From assembly GCF_963921235.1 (NCBI RefSeq), contig NC_086108.1, forward strand, positions 102,488,001 to 102,552,000: a stretch of 64,000 nt of DNA, read 5' to 3'. Positions 36,747 to 49,130 of the stretch are shown here, piece by piece. This DNA is from Mobula hypostoma. Lineage: Eukaryota. Position 1 is the first letter of the stretch. Each line of letters starts with the position of its first letter. A model generated the notes under the pieces. The model was not told the DNA's origin and ran no database searches. It saw only the letters and a program-made list of their open reading frames with translations. The position numbers were made by a program, and so were the translations under genes.

Positions 36747-38297
36747 AGAATAAACACAATTCTCTTTTATGAGTCCTGAAGGCTGTGTTGTCTTCCCGAG
36801 GCCCGGGTTTGGGACATCTCATCTGACATGCAGAGGAATTTGGAGTGGAGTGGGGGCAAGATTCAGTTGACCTGGTCCACGTGGGTCCCAATGTTGTAGG
36901 AAGAACAAGGAAAGTGGTTTAGCTGGGGACTAAATTGAAATGCAAAACTAAGGAAGTAATAATCTCTGGATTGACGCCTCAGCCACATATAGATTGGCAC
37001 AGGGATAAATATGATCAGGGAGCTAACCACGTGACTCAAGTTTGGTGTGGGAGAAGTGGGTCTGAATTCGTAGGACATTGGCACCAGTGTTGGGGAAGGA
37101 GGGGCCTGTTCTGATGGGCCACGACGGGCTCCAGCTGAACAATGCTGGGACCAGAGTCCTGGCAAATTGCATAACTAGGACCATGGACAGGACTTTAAAC
37201 TAAATACTAGGGAGATGGGTTCAACAGCTTGGAGAAGTAGGGATAAAGTGAAGGGAAGGCGAGTGCAGGAGATTTTACTGAAGTCTCCAAGATAAAGAAT
37301 AGGATAAAACATTTAAATTCGACAAAAGGGAGACAGAATTGAACAGAAAGGTAGTGAATACTGGACTGAAGGTGTCTTATTTGAATAAACAAAGTATATG
37401 TAATAAGGTAGATCATCTTGCAGATAGATGATCCTTAGAAAGAAGAGATGTAGGATCTGAAGATGTAGAATCCAAGTTATGAAGCTGCAAGGGTAAGAAG
37501 GCCATCATTGGAGATATAGACAGGCCTCTGAGCAGTAGCCAGGATGTGGGGTACAAATTACAGTGGGAGATTGAAAAGGTGTGTGAAAAGGGTGATGTTA
37601 TGATGCACATGGGGTATTTCAATATGCAGGTAAATTAGGAAAATCAGGTTGGTGTTCGGTCCCAAGAGAAGAAATTTATAGAATGCCTATGAAATAGCTT
37701 TTTAAACCAGCCTTTGTTTGAACTCACTAGAGAAAAGGCAGTTCTGGATCGGGGTATTGTGTAATGAACCAGATTTGATCCCTTAGAAAGCAGAGATCAT
37801 AACATGATATAATTCACCAGAGCTCACCAAAGGTAACCAGAAGACCGGAGGGAAAAAAGCAGGCCAAAGTTGATTGGAAGGGACACCAGCTGGGCTGATG
37901 GTAGAGTAGCAATGGCTGGAGTTTCTGGGAGTGCTTTGGAAGGTGAATGCCGGGGAATCGCACAGCACAGAAGGAAGGCCTTTGGCCGAATGTGCTTCTT
38001 CTGGCCATTTGAAAGTTATGTCCAGCGATGATGAAACGTCAAGACCTTGAAAGGTTATTTCCTCTAAAGGTTGAAACTGCTTATCACTGGCCACAGAGGC
38101 TGACAGAACCATTGAATATCTCCGGCATCTCCTTTTATTTTAGATTTCTTGTACCTGTTGTGTTTTGTTCTTGATTAGTTCTTAATCCTCAGCCTATTGG
38201 AGGATTTGGACAGATCTGAAGAATGGGTAAAGAAGTGCCAGATGGAACGCAGTGTACGGAAGTGTATGGTCATGTCTTTTTGGTAGAAGGAATAAAG

Positions 38298-39220
38298 ACC
38301 ATAATATATAGAAGCAGAGTGAGGCCATTTGGCCCAGTGAGTCTGCTACGCCATTTCATCATGGCTGATCCAATTTTTCTCTGAGCCCCAATCTCCTGCC
38401 TTCTCCCTGTATCCCTTCGTGCCCTGACCAATCAAGAATCTATCAACCTCTGCCTTAAATATACAAAAAGACTTGGCCTCCACAGTTGTCTATGGCAAAG
38501 AATTCCACAGATTCACCACTCTCTGGCTAAAGAAATTCCTCCACATCTCCGTTCTAAAAGGATGTCCTCTATTCTGAGGCTGTGTCCTCTGGTATTAGAC
38601 TCTCCCACCATAGGAAACATCCTCTCCACATCCACTCTATCAAGGATTTTCACCATTCGATTGATTTCAATGAGGTCACCCCTCATTCTTCTGAATTCCA
38701 GTAAATACAGGCCCAGAGCCATCAAGCACTCTTCATGTGACAAGCCATTCAATCCTGGAATCATTTTTGTGAACCTCCTTTGACCCTCTCGAGTTTCAGC
38801 ACATCCTTTCTAAGATAAGCGGCGCAAACCAGCTCACAGTACTCTAAGTGAGGCCTTACTAGTGCTTTATAAAATTTCAACGTTACATTCTTGCGTTTAT
38901 ATTCCATTTTTTGCTCTCTATCTGCCATTTCTTTCCCTATTCCCCTAATTTGTCTAAGTCCTTCTATAGCCTCTCTACTTGTCAAAACTACCTGCCCCTC
39001 CACCTATCTTCATATTATCTGCAAACTTTGCAACAAAGCCATCAATTCCATAATTCAAATCATTGACATATAATGTGAAAAGAATTGGTCCTAACACAGA
39101 CCCCTGTGGAACACCACTATTCACTGGCAGCCTGCCAGAAAAGGCTCTTTTTATTCCCACCCTTTGCCTCCTGCCAATCAGCCACTGCTTTTTCCACGCT
39201 GGAATCTTTCCTGTAATGCC
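38298..39220 (-). mobile_element. CR1 LINE 3' fragment
   Basis: SGVPQGSVLGP..FADNMKIGG; KALVRPHLEYC. Confidence 0.9.
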
Positions 39221-39914
39221 TTCTTATTCCAGCTTTTCACAACACTTCTTCATTTGTTTCTCTGTTTAGGATATTTTCATCATCCTTCTCAAAAACCACA
39301 CTTCTGCAGCTTCGAGTCTTCCCCCTTTTTGCTTTGATAATGTTCAACATTTGCTTCCATGTGTAAGGATGCAATGAAAATAGCTCCACAACACTCTGAG
39401 CTTTGCACCTGTAGAGATTATGTTATTTGTTTAGAATGTTGCTCAAACACTTGAACATTCATTTAGCAATCCCAATCCTCCTTTTCATTTTAGGCCAGTT
39501 AATTCCTTTACTGAAGTCATTGACAACCTGATTACCATCTGCACTGAACCAAATGACAAGCCTGTTATTGTGTGCACTGGACCTCGTGACAGACCGGTTA
39601 CTGACTGTACTGGACCCACTGACAGGCCGGTTTAAGGACACAATGACAGGTCTGAATTGAACCAGTTCCAATGTCTTCTGTTACTACCTGCCCTGAACCT
39701 ATGTGACATTTGTAAATCATCTGTATTTCACCTGGTGGTAGATCTCATCTGTTCCTCTGTTCTCATTGAAATATCATCTTGTCCAATTAACACTTCACAA
39801 AGTAATTGTGTACAAAAGATAATAATCTGAATGGATTGTTGCTCTTCTGGTGCCGATGTGAACTTATGCATCGTTTGTCATCTAAAGAGGGTGTGTAAAA
39901 GATCCCATGTAACT

Positions 39915-41056
39915 GAGTACTGGCCAATATTTATAAAGAGTAAAAGAGAGGCAAGAGGAGATATCAGACCACTGGAAAATGATTCTGGAGAGGTAGTAAT
40001 GAGGGACAAGGAAATGGTGGAAAAGCTGAATAAGTAATTTACATCAATGTTCACTGTGGAAGATAACAGCATTATGTCAGCTGTTCGAGAATGTTAGAGG
40101 TCAGAAGTGAGTGCAGTTGCTGTTACTAGGGAGAAGATGTCTGGGAAGTTGAAAGGTCTGAAGATAGGTAAGTCACCTGAATCAGAAGGACTTAACCCCA
40201 GGGTTCTGAAAGAGGTAGCTGAAAAGATTGTGGTGCCATTAGAAATTATCTTAATAAAATCAATAAATCCTGGCATGGTTCCAGAGGACTGGATAATTGC
40301 AAATGTCACTCCACTCTTCAAAGAAGAAAGGAGATTATCAGCCAGTTAGCCTGACCTCAGTGATTGGGAAAATGCTGGAGCTGATAATTAAGGATGAGGT
40401 CTCAGGGTGCTTGTAGGCACATGATAAAATAGGCCAAAGTCAGCATGTTTCCTTAAGGGAAAATCTTGCCTGACAAATCTGTTGGAATTCTTTGAAGAAT
40501 ATTGGTGGATGTTGTGTACTTGGATTTTCAGAAGCTGCCACACGTGAGGCGGCGTAGCAACATAAGAACCCATGGTATTACAGGTAAGATTCTAGCATGG
40601 ATACAGAATTGGCTGATTGGCAGGAGGCAAACAGTGGGAATAAAGGGAGCTTTTTCTGGTTGGCTGCCAGTGACTAGTGGCGTTCTGCAGATTCTGTGTT
40701 GGAACCGCTTCTTTTTATGTTACCTGTCAATGATTCGGATGATGGAATTGATGGTTTTGTCGCCAAGTTTGTGGACAATATGAAGATAGGAGTAAGGAAG
40801 CTAAGAGGCTGTAGAAGGACTTGGACAGATTAGGAGAATGGGCAAAGAAGTGGCAAATAAAATACAGTCTCAGAAATGTATGGTCGTGCACTTGGGTAGT
40901 AGGAATAAAAGTGGATCTATTTTCTAAATGGGGAGAAAATTTAAAAATACAATGTACAAAGGGACTAGTCCTCATGCAGGATTCCCTAAAGACTAATTTG
41001 CTGGATGAGTCAGTGGTGAGGAAGGCAAATGCAATGTTAGCATTCATTTTGAGAGC
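39915..41056 (+). mobile_element. CR1 ORF2 central fragment
   Basis: PRVLKEVAEKIV..PEDWIIANVTPLFK; VDVVYLDFQK. Confidence 0.9.
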
Positions 41057-41059
41057 CAT

Positions 41060-43152
41060 CCACTTGTGTCATCCATAAACCTGATGACACAGTTTGAGCT
41101 GGATCCTGCGATGCAGTCAATTGTCAGCAGTGTGAAATGCAGTGGGCTGAGCACACAGCCCTGGGGAGTGCCAGTCCTTGGCGCAATGGGACTAGAGACA
41201 CTTCTGCCCACAGGGACTGACTGTGGCCTTTCTGTTAAGAAGTCCACTATCCAATTGCAGAGGGAGGTATCAAGACTCAGCGAGGACTGTTTCCCCACCA
41301 ATTTCTGAGGTATGATGGTGTTGAACACTGAACTAAAGTCTATAAACAGCAGTCTGGCATATCATACCCCATTTTCGGGGTGGGACAGGTCAGAGTGGAG
41401 GGGAGAGGCTATTGTATCATTAGTGGATCAATTCGAGCGATAAATGAACTGGAAAGTGTCCACTGTAGTCGGGTGAAAGGCTTTAATGTGCTCCATGACC
41501 AGCCACTCAAAGCATTTCATCATGGTTGATATTAATGCCACCGGACGATGGTCATTTAAGCAGGTTACTGTCACCTTCTTTGGCACTGGAATGATGGTTG
41601 CCCCCTTGAATACCGAGGGCACAATCCAGTGAGATATTGAATACACACAGAACATCAGCAGCACTGATAGCGGGGCTGTGCGGTCTTTCAGAACTCGACC
41701 TGGCATATTATTGGGCCCGTAGTTTTGCATGTGTTGATTCTGGCCAGAGTAATCCTCACCTCAGCTTCTGCTAGATGGAGTGTCTGCTCCCCCGGGGGTG
41801 GGGGGGGGGGGTCTTCCTCGCGAGCATTTTGTTCTGTGCATCAAATAGTCAATGTGCAAAAGACAATGAACTGTGCAAATACAAAAAGAAAAAGAAAAAA
41901 TAATAACAATAAATAAGTATGCACTAACTATCGCGAATATGAGATGGAGAGTCCTTGAAAGTGAATCCACAGGTTGTGGGAACAATTCAGTGATGGTGTG
42001 AGTGAGGTTGAGTGAAGTTACCCGCTTTGGTTCAAGACCCTGATGGTTGAGTGGTAATAACAGTTCCTGAACCTGGTGGCATGGATCCTGATGATTCTGT
42101 ACCTCTTTCCTGATGGCAGCAGTGAGAAGAGAGCATGGTCTGGATGATGGGGTTCCTTGGTAACGGACACTGCTTTCCTGCGACAGCTTTCCATGAAGAT
42201 GTGCTCAATGGTGGAGAGGGCTTTACACATGATGGGTTGGGCCAGATCCTTTACTTCTGTTCAAGGATATTTTTGTTGTCAAACCAGGTCGTCATGACGA
42301 AGGTAATTGAATTGTCATAACAGAATCGAGTTTATTTTCACTGACATATTTCATGAAATTTGTTGTTTTGTGCAGTAGTACAGTGAAAGACATAAAAAAT
42401 CACTATAACTTAGAATAACAAATAGATGGTAGATAAATATTAGTGCAAAAGAGTTAGTGTTTGTGGACTGCTCAGAAATCTGATTTCAGATCGTTAGAAG
42501 CTGCTCCTAAAACATTGAATGTGGGTCTTTAGGATCCTGTACCTCGTCCTCAGTGGCTGTAATGAAGAAGGCATGTACCAGATGGTGAGTGTGCTTAATG
42601 ATGAATGCCATCTTCTTGATGAAGGCACGCCAGCAGCTCCAGTTCGTTAGGAGTTTGTGGAGATTTGATATGTCACCACAGACTTTCAAATTGCTACGGA
42701 CATGCAGAGCGTTCTGACTAGTTGGCGTGGAGCCTCCACTGCACAGGATTGCAAGTAGCTAAGAGGGTTTTACACTCAGCAAGCTCCATCATGGGTATAA
42801 CACTCCCTGCCATCGAGGACATCTTCAAGGTGTGGAGTTTCAAAAAGGCGGCATCCATCGTTAAAGACCCTTACCATCTGGGACATGCCCTCTTCTCATT
42901 ACTATCATCAGGAAGAAAGTATGGGAGCCTGAAGACCATAGTCAGCATTTTAAGAATAGATTCCTCCCCTCTGCTTTCTGATTTCTGAACAGTGTATGAA
43001 CCCATGAAAACTTCCTCCTTATTCATCTTTTGCACTATTTATTTATTTTGTAACTCATAATAATTTTTATGTATTGCACTGTACTGCTGCCACTAAACAA
43101 ACAATTTCACGACATATGTCAGTGATGACGAACATAATTCTGATTCTGATCT
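41060..43152. mobile_element. Cluster of Rex1/Babar fragments (minus ~41060-42620; plus ~42620-43152)
   Basis: [38 protein letters not shown]; (attctg)n tail. Confidence 0.85.
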
Positions 43153-43584
43153 CAGAGGGTCGTAGGATTGTGGATGTTGCACCAATGGCAACATTGATGT
43201 TTCTTTTCATTCTCTGCTGTATAAGTGCACCTCCTTTCCTATTTATGTAGAGCACGAGGACAAAGAATGCAAGAGAGAAAGTATGCGTTTAGCAGTAAAA
43301 GTGAGTAAAGCACTATGGCTTTTTAAAATATAAAAATAAATATTATTTATAATAAATAAGTATTTACAAGAATAAACCATACCATGCCTTTCCATTCTTA
43401 CATTCATCATCAATGCTTTCAATGTTAATCTGTTACATTCCCATTAGGATTGCTGCCACACATGTGGCACCCTATGGTCGTACACGACTTCAATAATTGA
43501 GGAGCTCCCTCCCTCAAGCTGCCCACTCAGTCTCCAGTAGTGGAAGAACCCTATGCCGAGGTCCTTCCCCACTGAGACCTGGGC

Positions 43585-44117
43585 ACGTATTCTCTGGAAC
43601 AATACCACCAAAGATCCTTTCTGAAAGATTGTGAGGGTCAGCTGGAAGTTCAGGCGCACTAGCACCAGCGTACTAGAGGAGGCCAACGTGAATAGCATCT
43701 CCACCACGGTAAATCAACACCAGCTCCGATGGATAGGTCATGTCATCTGGATGCCTAGCTCTTGTCTCCCCAAACAGATCCTTTACTCCCAGTTGAAGGA
43801 AGGTCAGTGGGCAAAGGAAGTGTTTCAAAGATGTAACATCAGAACAGCCTGAAGAAATTCAGCGTTACACTCAATACATGCGCCTGGAGGAAATCTGTTG
43901 AGGAGGGATATGTGCTACATGAGAACAACCTCCGCAGTGCAGCAGAGACCAAATGGCAACTGCGAAACGAGAAACTGAACAACCAAAGGACCCAACCACT
44001 AACCAGAGCTCACACTGTACCAGAATAAGTGGTTCTCGGATCGGCCTCACCACCCACCTGAGACAATCCCTGAGGAAAACATCATACTCAACTCGAGTGA
44101 TCTCACTACTACTACTA
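43585..44117 (+). mobile_element. RTE-clade LINE 3' fragment
   Basis: RVSWK.RRTSTSVLEEAN..SI....HQLRWIGHVI.MP...LPKQILYSQLKEG; (cta)n tail. Confidence 0.85.
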
Positions 44118-44931
44118 CCCCTGTAGCCTGGAATGCACATTTCCTGCATGGAGAACTCAATGTGCTGGCAGACCAACTGAGCTGAGAGCCAGTGTTTTCC
44201 CTTTAAGTGTCAGATAGAGAGGTGAGATATTACTGTAATGCTGCTTTAAGGTAGGAATCCCAAGTACGGTCACTGTGGTGAGCAGCAGCACAGAGATGTA
44301 TTTCCTCTGGGCTTATTATTAACCATGGCCACTAGGTCAGAAGGTACACTGAGGCATGAGTTTTATATTTCAGTGGTCAAATAAACCACATACTAAACTC
44401 ATTCACTATTGTGGGCCTTTCTTGAAGGCTATTCGAGAATTGAAGAATTTTAAGTTGAATTAAGTTAAAATGAGAAGAGGATATTGTTTGTTATTTTATA
44501 GTTCAAAGGCAGAAATTCCACACTGTAAGACATGCATTCTACTAAAATGCACTATACTAATCACTTTAAAAGGTTCAAAGCTCCATGCCTGTTTGTTTTT
44601 AGTTCCTCTGAACTTGACATTTGCATTGAACTTACTTATAGTGGTGCTAGAAAGCTTGTGAACCCCGTAGAATTTTCTCTGTTTCTGCATAAATATGACC
44701 TAAAATATGATCAGATCTTCAAGTTGTCTCTAAAACTAGATAAAGAGAACCCAGTGAAATAAATTACACAAGACCGTTATACTTGTTCATTTATTTAGTT
44801 ATTGAGAAAAATGATCCAATATTGCATGTATTTGCTGGAAAAAGTATGTGAACCTCTGGGATAATAGCTTCTCCAAAAGCTATGTGGAATCAAGTGATCC
44901 AATCAATGAGATGAGATTGGAGGTGTGGGTT

Positions 44932-45067
44932 AGTAGGTTTTTTTTATCACAAATTTTTTTTCAATCTTAAGATAATATCTTTTTTGAGACCTTGTAAGTG
45001 TTGTTACTTCAATGTGCTTGTGTTATTTCTTTTGTATAATATAACAATAAAAAGATTTGAAAAGAAA
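44932..45067 (+). mobile_element. 136-bp retroposed 3' end (L1/Tx1-like) inside the Tc1 5' region
   Basis: Perfect 19-bp TSD gagattggaggtgtgggtt (44913-44931 / 45068-45086); AATAAA then A-rich tail. Confidence 0.75.
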
Positions 45068-45176
45068 GAGATTGGAGGTGTGGGTTGTAGAGGTGCCCTG
45101 CCCTATGAAAAAGACACACAAAGTCAGGTTACTAACAGAGCCTGCTCTCCTCAAGAAAGATCTGTTTATGTGCACC

Positions 45177-46193
45177 ATGCCTCGATCAAAACAACTTTCA
45201 GAAGACCTTAGAAGAAGGATTGTAAAATTCATGAAGCAGGAAAAGGCTACAAAACCATTTCCAAGAACCCAAGTGTTAATCAGTCCACAGTAAGAGAAAT
45301 TGTCTACAAATGGAGGAAACTCAATATTGTTGCTATTCTCCTAGGAGTGGGAATCCCGCAAAGATTACACCAAGAGCACAATGTGTAATGCTGAAGGAGG
45401 TGAAAAAGAACCCAAGGGTAACATCAAAAGACCTGCAGAAATCTCTGGAACTGCTAAAGTCTCTGTTTATGTGTCCACCGTAAGAAAAATACTGAACAAG
45501 AATGGTATTCATGAAAGGACACCATGGAAGCAACCACTGCTCTCCAAAAAAAAAACATTGCTGCAGGTCTCAAGTTTGTAAAAGACCACCTGGATGTTCT
45601 ACAATGTTTCTGGAACAATGATCTGTGGATAGATGAGACAGAAGTTGAACTTTTTGGCAGAAATGTACATTGCTATGTTTGGAGGAAAAAGGGCATCGCA
45701 CACCAACACCAAAACCTCATCCTAACTGTGCAGCACGGTGGAAGGAGCATCATGGCTTGGGGCTGTTTTGCTGCCTCAGGGCCTGGGCAGCTTGCAATCA
45801 TTGAGGGAACAATGAATTCAAAATTGTTTCAAAGCATTTTACAGGAGAATGTCAGGGTAGCAGTCTGTCACCTGAAGCTTAATAGAAGTTGGATAATGCA
45901 ACAGGACAACGATCCAGAAGGCAAGAGTAAATCAACAACAGAAAGGTTTAAAAGAACAGTCATGTTTTGGAATGGTCAAGTCAAAGTCCTACCTTAATCC
46001 TATAGAAATGTTGTGGAAGGACCTGAAGCAAGTAGTTTGTGCAAGGAAACACACCAACATCTCAGAGTTGAAAATGTTTTGTAAGGAGGAATAGCATAAA
46101 TTTCATCAAAGCTGATGTGCAGGACTGATCAACAGTTACCAGAAAGGTTTGGTTGAAGTTACTGCTGTACGAGGGGTTCATGCCAGTTACTGA
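45177..46193 (+). pseudogene. Tc1 DDE transposase, frameshifted
   Basis: MPRSKQLSEDLRRRIV; LWIDETEVELFG; HGGRSIMAWGCF; MQQDNDP; LNPIEMLW; split over several frames. Confidence 0.92.
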
Positions 46194-46812
46194 AAACAAA
46201 GGTTTACATACTTTTTCCAACAAATACTCGTCATATTGGATCATTTTTCTCCATAAATAAATGAACAAGTATAATTTTTTTGTGTTATTTATTTAATTCG
46301 GTTCTCTTTATTTAGTTTTAGGACTTGTGTGAAGATCTAATCACATTTTAGGACATATTTATACAGAAATAAGAGAAAATTCTACTGAGTTCACAAAATT
46401 TCTAGCACCACTGTATTCATTCAGCTGGTAATGTTGTCGCACTCATTATTGTTTCTTCAAGAAGAACTGCCGCAGTTCCTGATAGAAGAGAAAAAGAATT
46501 TCAATTATGTGAAAAGAGAGAAGTTATATTGCATTTTTTTTTATCAGCTGCTGCTTTTTGTCTGATGTTGTGTGGTGTCTGTCAATTGTGCGTCACTATT
46601 CTGCAAAGACAAAAATGCTTTAGTGTGAGAACTGATGTAATCTGTGTGGAAATAATGAGAAGCAAATCAGAGAGAGAGAGCGAGAGCGGGAGAGAGTCTC
46701 AGGCAATGTTCCAATTCCCAGTTCAGGGGACCATGGTACCTCCAAGCAGATAATTGGGAGTTAGTTTGGACTACTGAACCACATGATCACCAGCTCAGCA
46801 CAAGTAGAGAAT

Positions 46813-47021
46813 GTGAGAGCTGTGCATTTTGTGTGTGAGTAAACACTTTTGATTATGTTAGAGCTGTGCATGTTGTGTGTGGGTAAACATGTTTGTTCAT
46901 GTGAGACCTGAGCATGTTGTGTGTGGGTAAACATGTTTGTTCATGTGAGACCTGAGCATGTTGTGTGTGGGTAGTAAACATATTTGTTCATGTCAGAGTT
47001 GTGTGTGGGTAAACAAGTTTG
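46813..47021. repeat. 44-bp minisatellite, 4-5 copies
   Basis: Unit gagacctgagcatgttgtgtgtgggtaaacatgtttgttcatgt. Confidence 0.9.
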
Positions 47022-47109
47022 CTCTTTCTTTTGCGCTATGTTTGCAATGATATTGCACAAGACAACCGGAACAATGCTGACACAGTATTTTGCTGAGCAG
47101 TTTCATATA

Positions 47110-47632
47110 CACTCAGTGGCCACTTTATTACGTACATCTGTATACCTGTACCTGCTCGTTAATGCAAGTATCTAATCAGCCAATCACGTGGCAGCAACTC
47201 AATGCATGAAGGCATGCAGGCATGGTCAAGAGGTTCCGTTGTTGCTCAGACCAAACATCAGAATGGAGAAGAAGTGTGATCTAAGTGACTTTGACTGTGG
47301 AATGACTGTTGGTGCCAAACAGAGTGTTTTGAAACTGCTGATCTCCTGGGATCTTCATGTCTCTAGAGATAACACAAGACATGCAGTGAGCAGCAGATCT
47401 GTGAGTGAAAGCGCCTTGTTAATGAGAGGGGTCAAAGGAGAAGGCCAGAGTGGAAGGCAACAGTAACTTAAACAACCATGTGTTACAACAGTGGTGCGCA
47501 GGAGAGCATCAGTGAACACACAGCACGTCAAACCTTGACGTGGATGGGCCACAACAGCAGAAGACCACAAACGTACACAGAGTGGTCACTTTATTAGGCA
47601 TGGGAGGTACATAATAAAGTGCCCATTGAATC
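47110..47632 (+). mobile_element. Non-autonomous Tc1/mariner element (copy 2)
   Basis: TA|cactcagtggccactttatta...taataaagtgcccattgaatc|TA; MEKKCDLSDFDCGM remnant. Confidence 0.85.
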
Positions 47633-47864
47633 TAGATTCAGAGCCTACAGTATAGCATGGGAATAGATTTCCGGCCCAGCTAATCATTGCTGGCATTTAT
47701 ACTCTATACAAGCTTTCTCCCATCAATCTCAATTACTGCAGCAAACCTGCTGTTTATTCCTTCCCCAACCTCCACTTCAGGTGAAAGATATATTAGGACT
47801 TCCTTTTTGGATGATGCACTTGGAAGTGCTTCTGTCTGAGTTTAAGATGGAAATTTAGAGACAC

Positions 47865-48200
47865 TAGGGTGCTGGCACAGTGCTTTCTGAGTCAGAAGAC
47901 TTTGGCTTCAGGAGACCCATCTGAAAGAGAGTACATAATCCAATCTGACACTCTGGGGGAATGGCTGATGTGCTGTCACTCAGATGAAATGTTAAACTGA
48001 GACCTTTCCTGTCCTATCATATGAATATATAAGATCCTATAGTACGTCAAAGTGTATAAGAGTTCTTTTTCACACTTTGACTTGTAGTTTGAACTTTGAA
48101 CTCAATTGTCCTGATCAATATCAGTCCATATCTGAATCAAATTATCCCATCACTATCTCACTGCCCTGGGAGCATTGCATTAGTGTGACACTATTACAGC
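47865..48200 (+). mobile_element. Very old DeuSINE (SacSINE1-like) remnant; probable tail piece at ~49750-49840
   Basis: cagatgaaatgttaaactgagacc...aagatcc...tgtcctgatcaatat resembles the remembered Deu domain. Confidence 0.5.
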
Positions 48201-48857
48201 TCGGGGCATTGAAGTTCGGTGTTCAATACCAGCGTTCTCTATAAGAAAGTTTGGCTGCTAGGAGGTAAAATGGCAGCATGCTTGCATGCATTGGCCACTC
48301 TGGGTCCGGTCAAAAGAGTATTTGTTCATCCTGTTTGCCTCTTTTATGATTGCAAGTTACTGCTGGGTACTAAGAACGTCAAGTACCGCAGGATTATCTC
48401 ATTGGCGAGTTGCTCGATAACGATGGAGTTGGACTTATTGCGTACTGTTGTTGTGTTGTCGCCTGGACTTGTTGCATACCACTGTGCTGAGGTGTGCTGT
48501 GCAAGTGATTATCTTGGACTTTTTTCTTGAGTTTGCTTGACCTTATTGGACATTGGTAACACAGAATACTACAAGTTTGGTTTACTGGTTCATTGGCGAG
48601 ACCAGCGGCAGGGGAGCTTCATTGCCTTGGTTGTGGCATGGACTGCAGGCTTGCCTTTTGCAGTCAGCCTGGAGAGTAGATGTTGACATGGTGTGAGAAA
48701 GCTTCTGTGGGGGATGCTGGAATTCATACTGGGCCTGGAAGCTGGCTCCTCCCATCAGTGCTGCCCTCCGGTGTTCATTCAGTGAAAGAACAAGCTGGAC
48801 CCGGACCCGGGCTGTTATTTCCCCTTTGTGACTCTGTTTTTCTGAGATTGTAACCAT

Positions 48858-49130
48858 GGCAGCACAATAGTGCAGTGGATTGCACAATGCTACACAGTAC
48901 CAGCTACCAGGTTCAATTGCCACCACTACCTGTAAGGAGTTTGTCTGTCCATGTGACCATGTGGGTTTCCTCCAGGTGCTCTGGTTTTCTCCCAAAGGTG
49001 TACTGTGTGATAAGTTAATTAGTCATCGTAAATTGACCCGTGATTAGGCTGCGGTTAAATTGGGGGTTGCTGGGCGGTGCAGCTCAAAGGGTCAGAAGGG
49101 CCTATTCTGCACTGTATCCCAATAAATAAA
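48858..49130 (+). mobile_element. HE1-type V-SINE with CR1-type tail
   Basis: ggttcaattgc B box; V-domain; gaagggcctattctgcactgtatcccaataaataaa tail. Confidence 0.8.

Larger units (their letters stand above)
34140..37945 (+). mobile_element. Old CR1 5' portion (ORF1 esterase domain plus endonuclease) split by a 2.4-kb nested insertion
   Basis: RVVVIG-like start at ~34290 resumes as LCCLP.AR...VHVG.N at ~36780-36900; GLKVSYLN endonuclease start at ~37360. Confidence 0.65.
44639..46413 (+). mobile_element. Full-length IR-DR-type Tc1 DNA transposon (inactive)
   Basis: TA TSDs (44637-44638, 46414-46415); ~215-bp TIRs starting (c/t)agtggtgctaga; inner repeat aaagtatgtgaacc resembles outer aaagcttgtgaacc. 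Confidence 0.93.

Noticed and set aside
39459..39671. ORF with 11-aa periodicity
   Set aside because: A by-product of the 33-bp repeat; no ATG start, splice support or recognisable homology.
46813..47021. CRISPR-like array
   Set aside because: Contiguous tandem units with no unique spacers, eukaryotic context, no cas genes.
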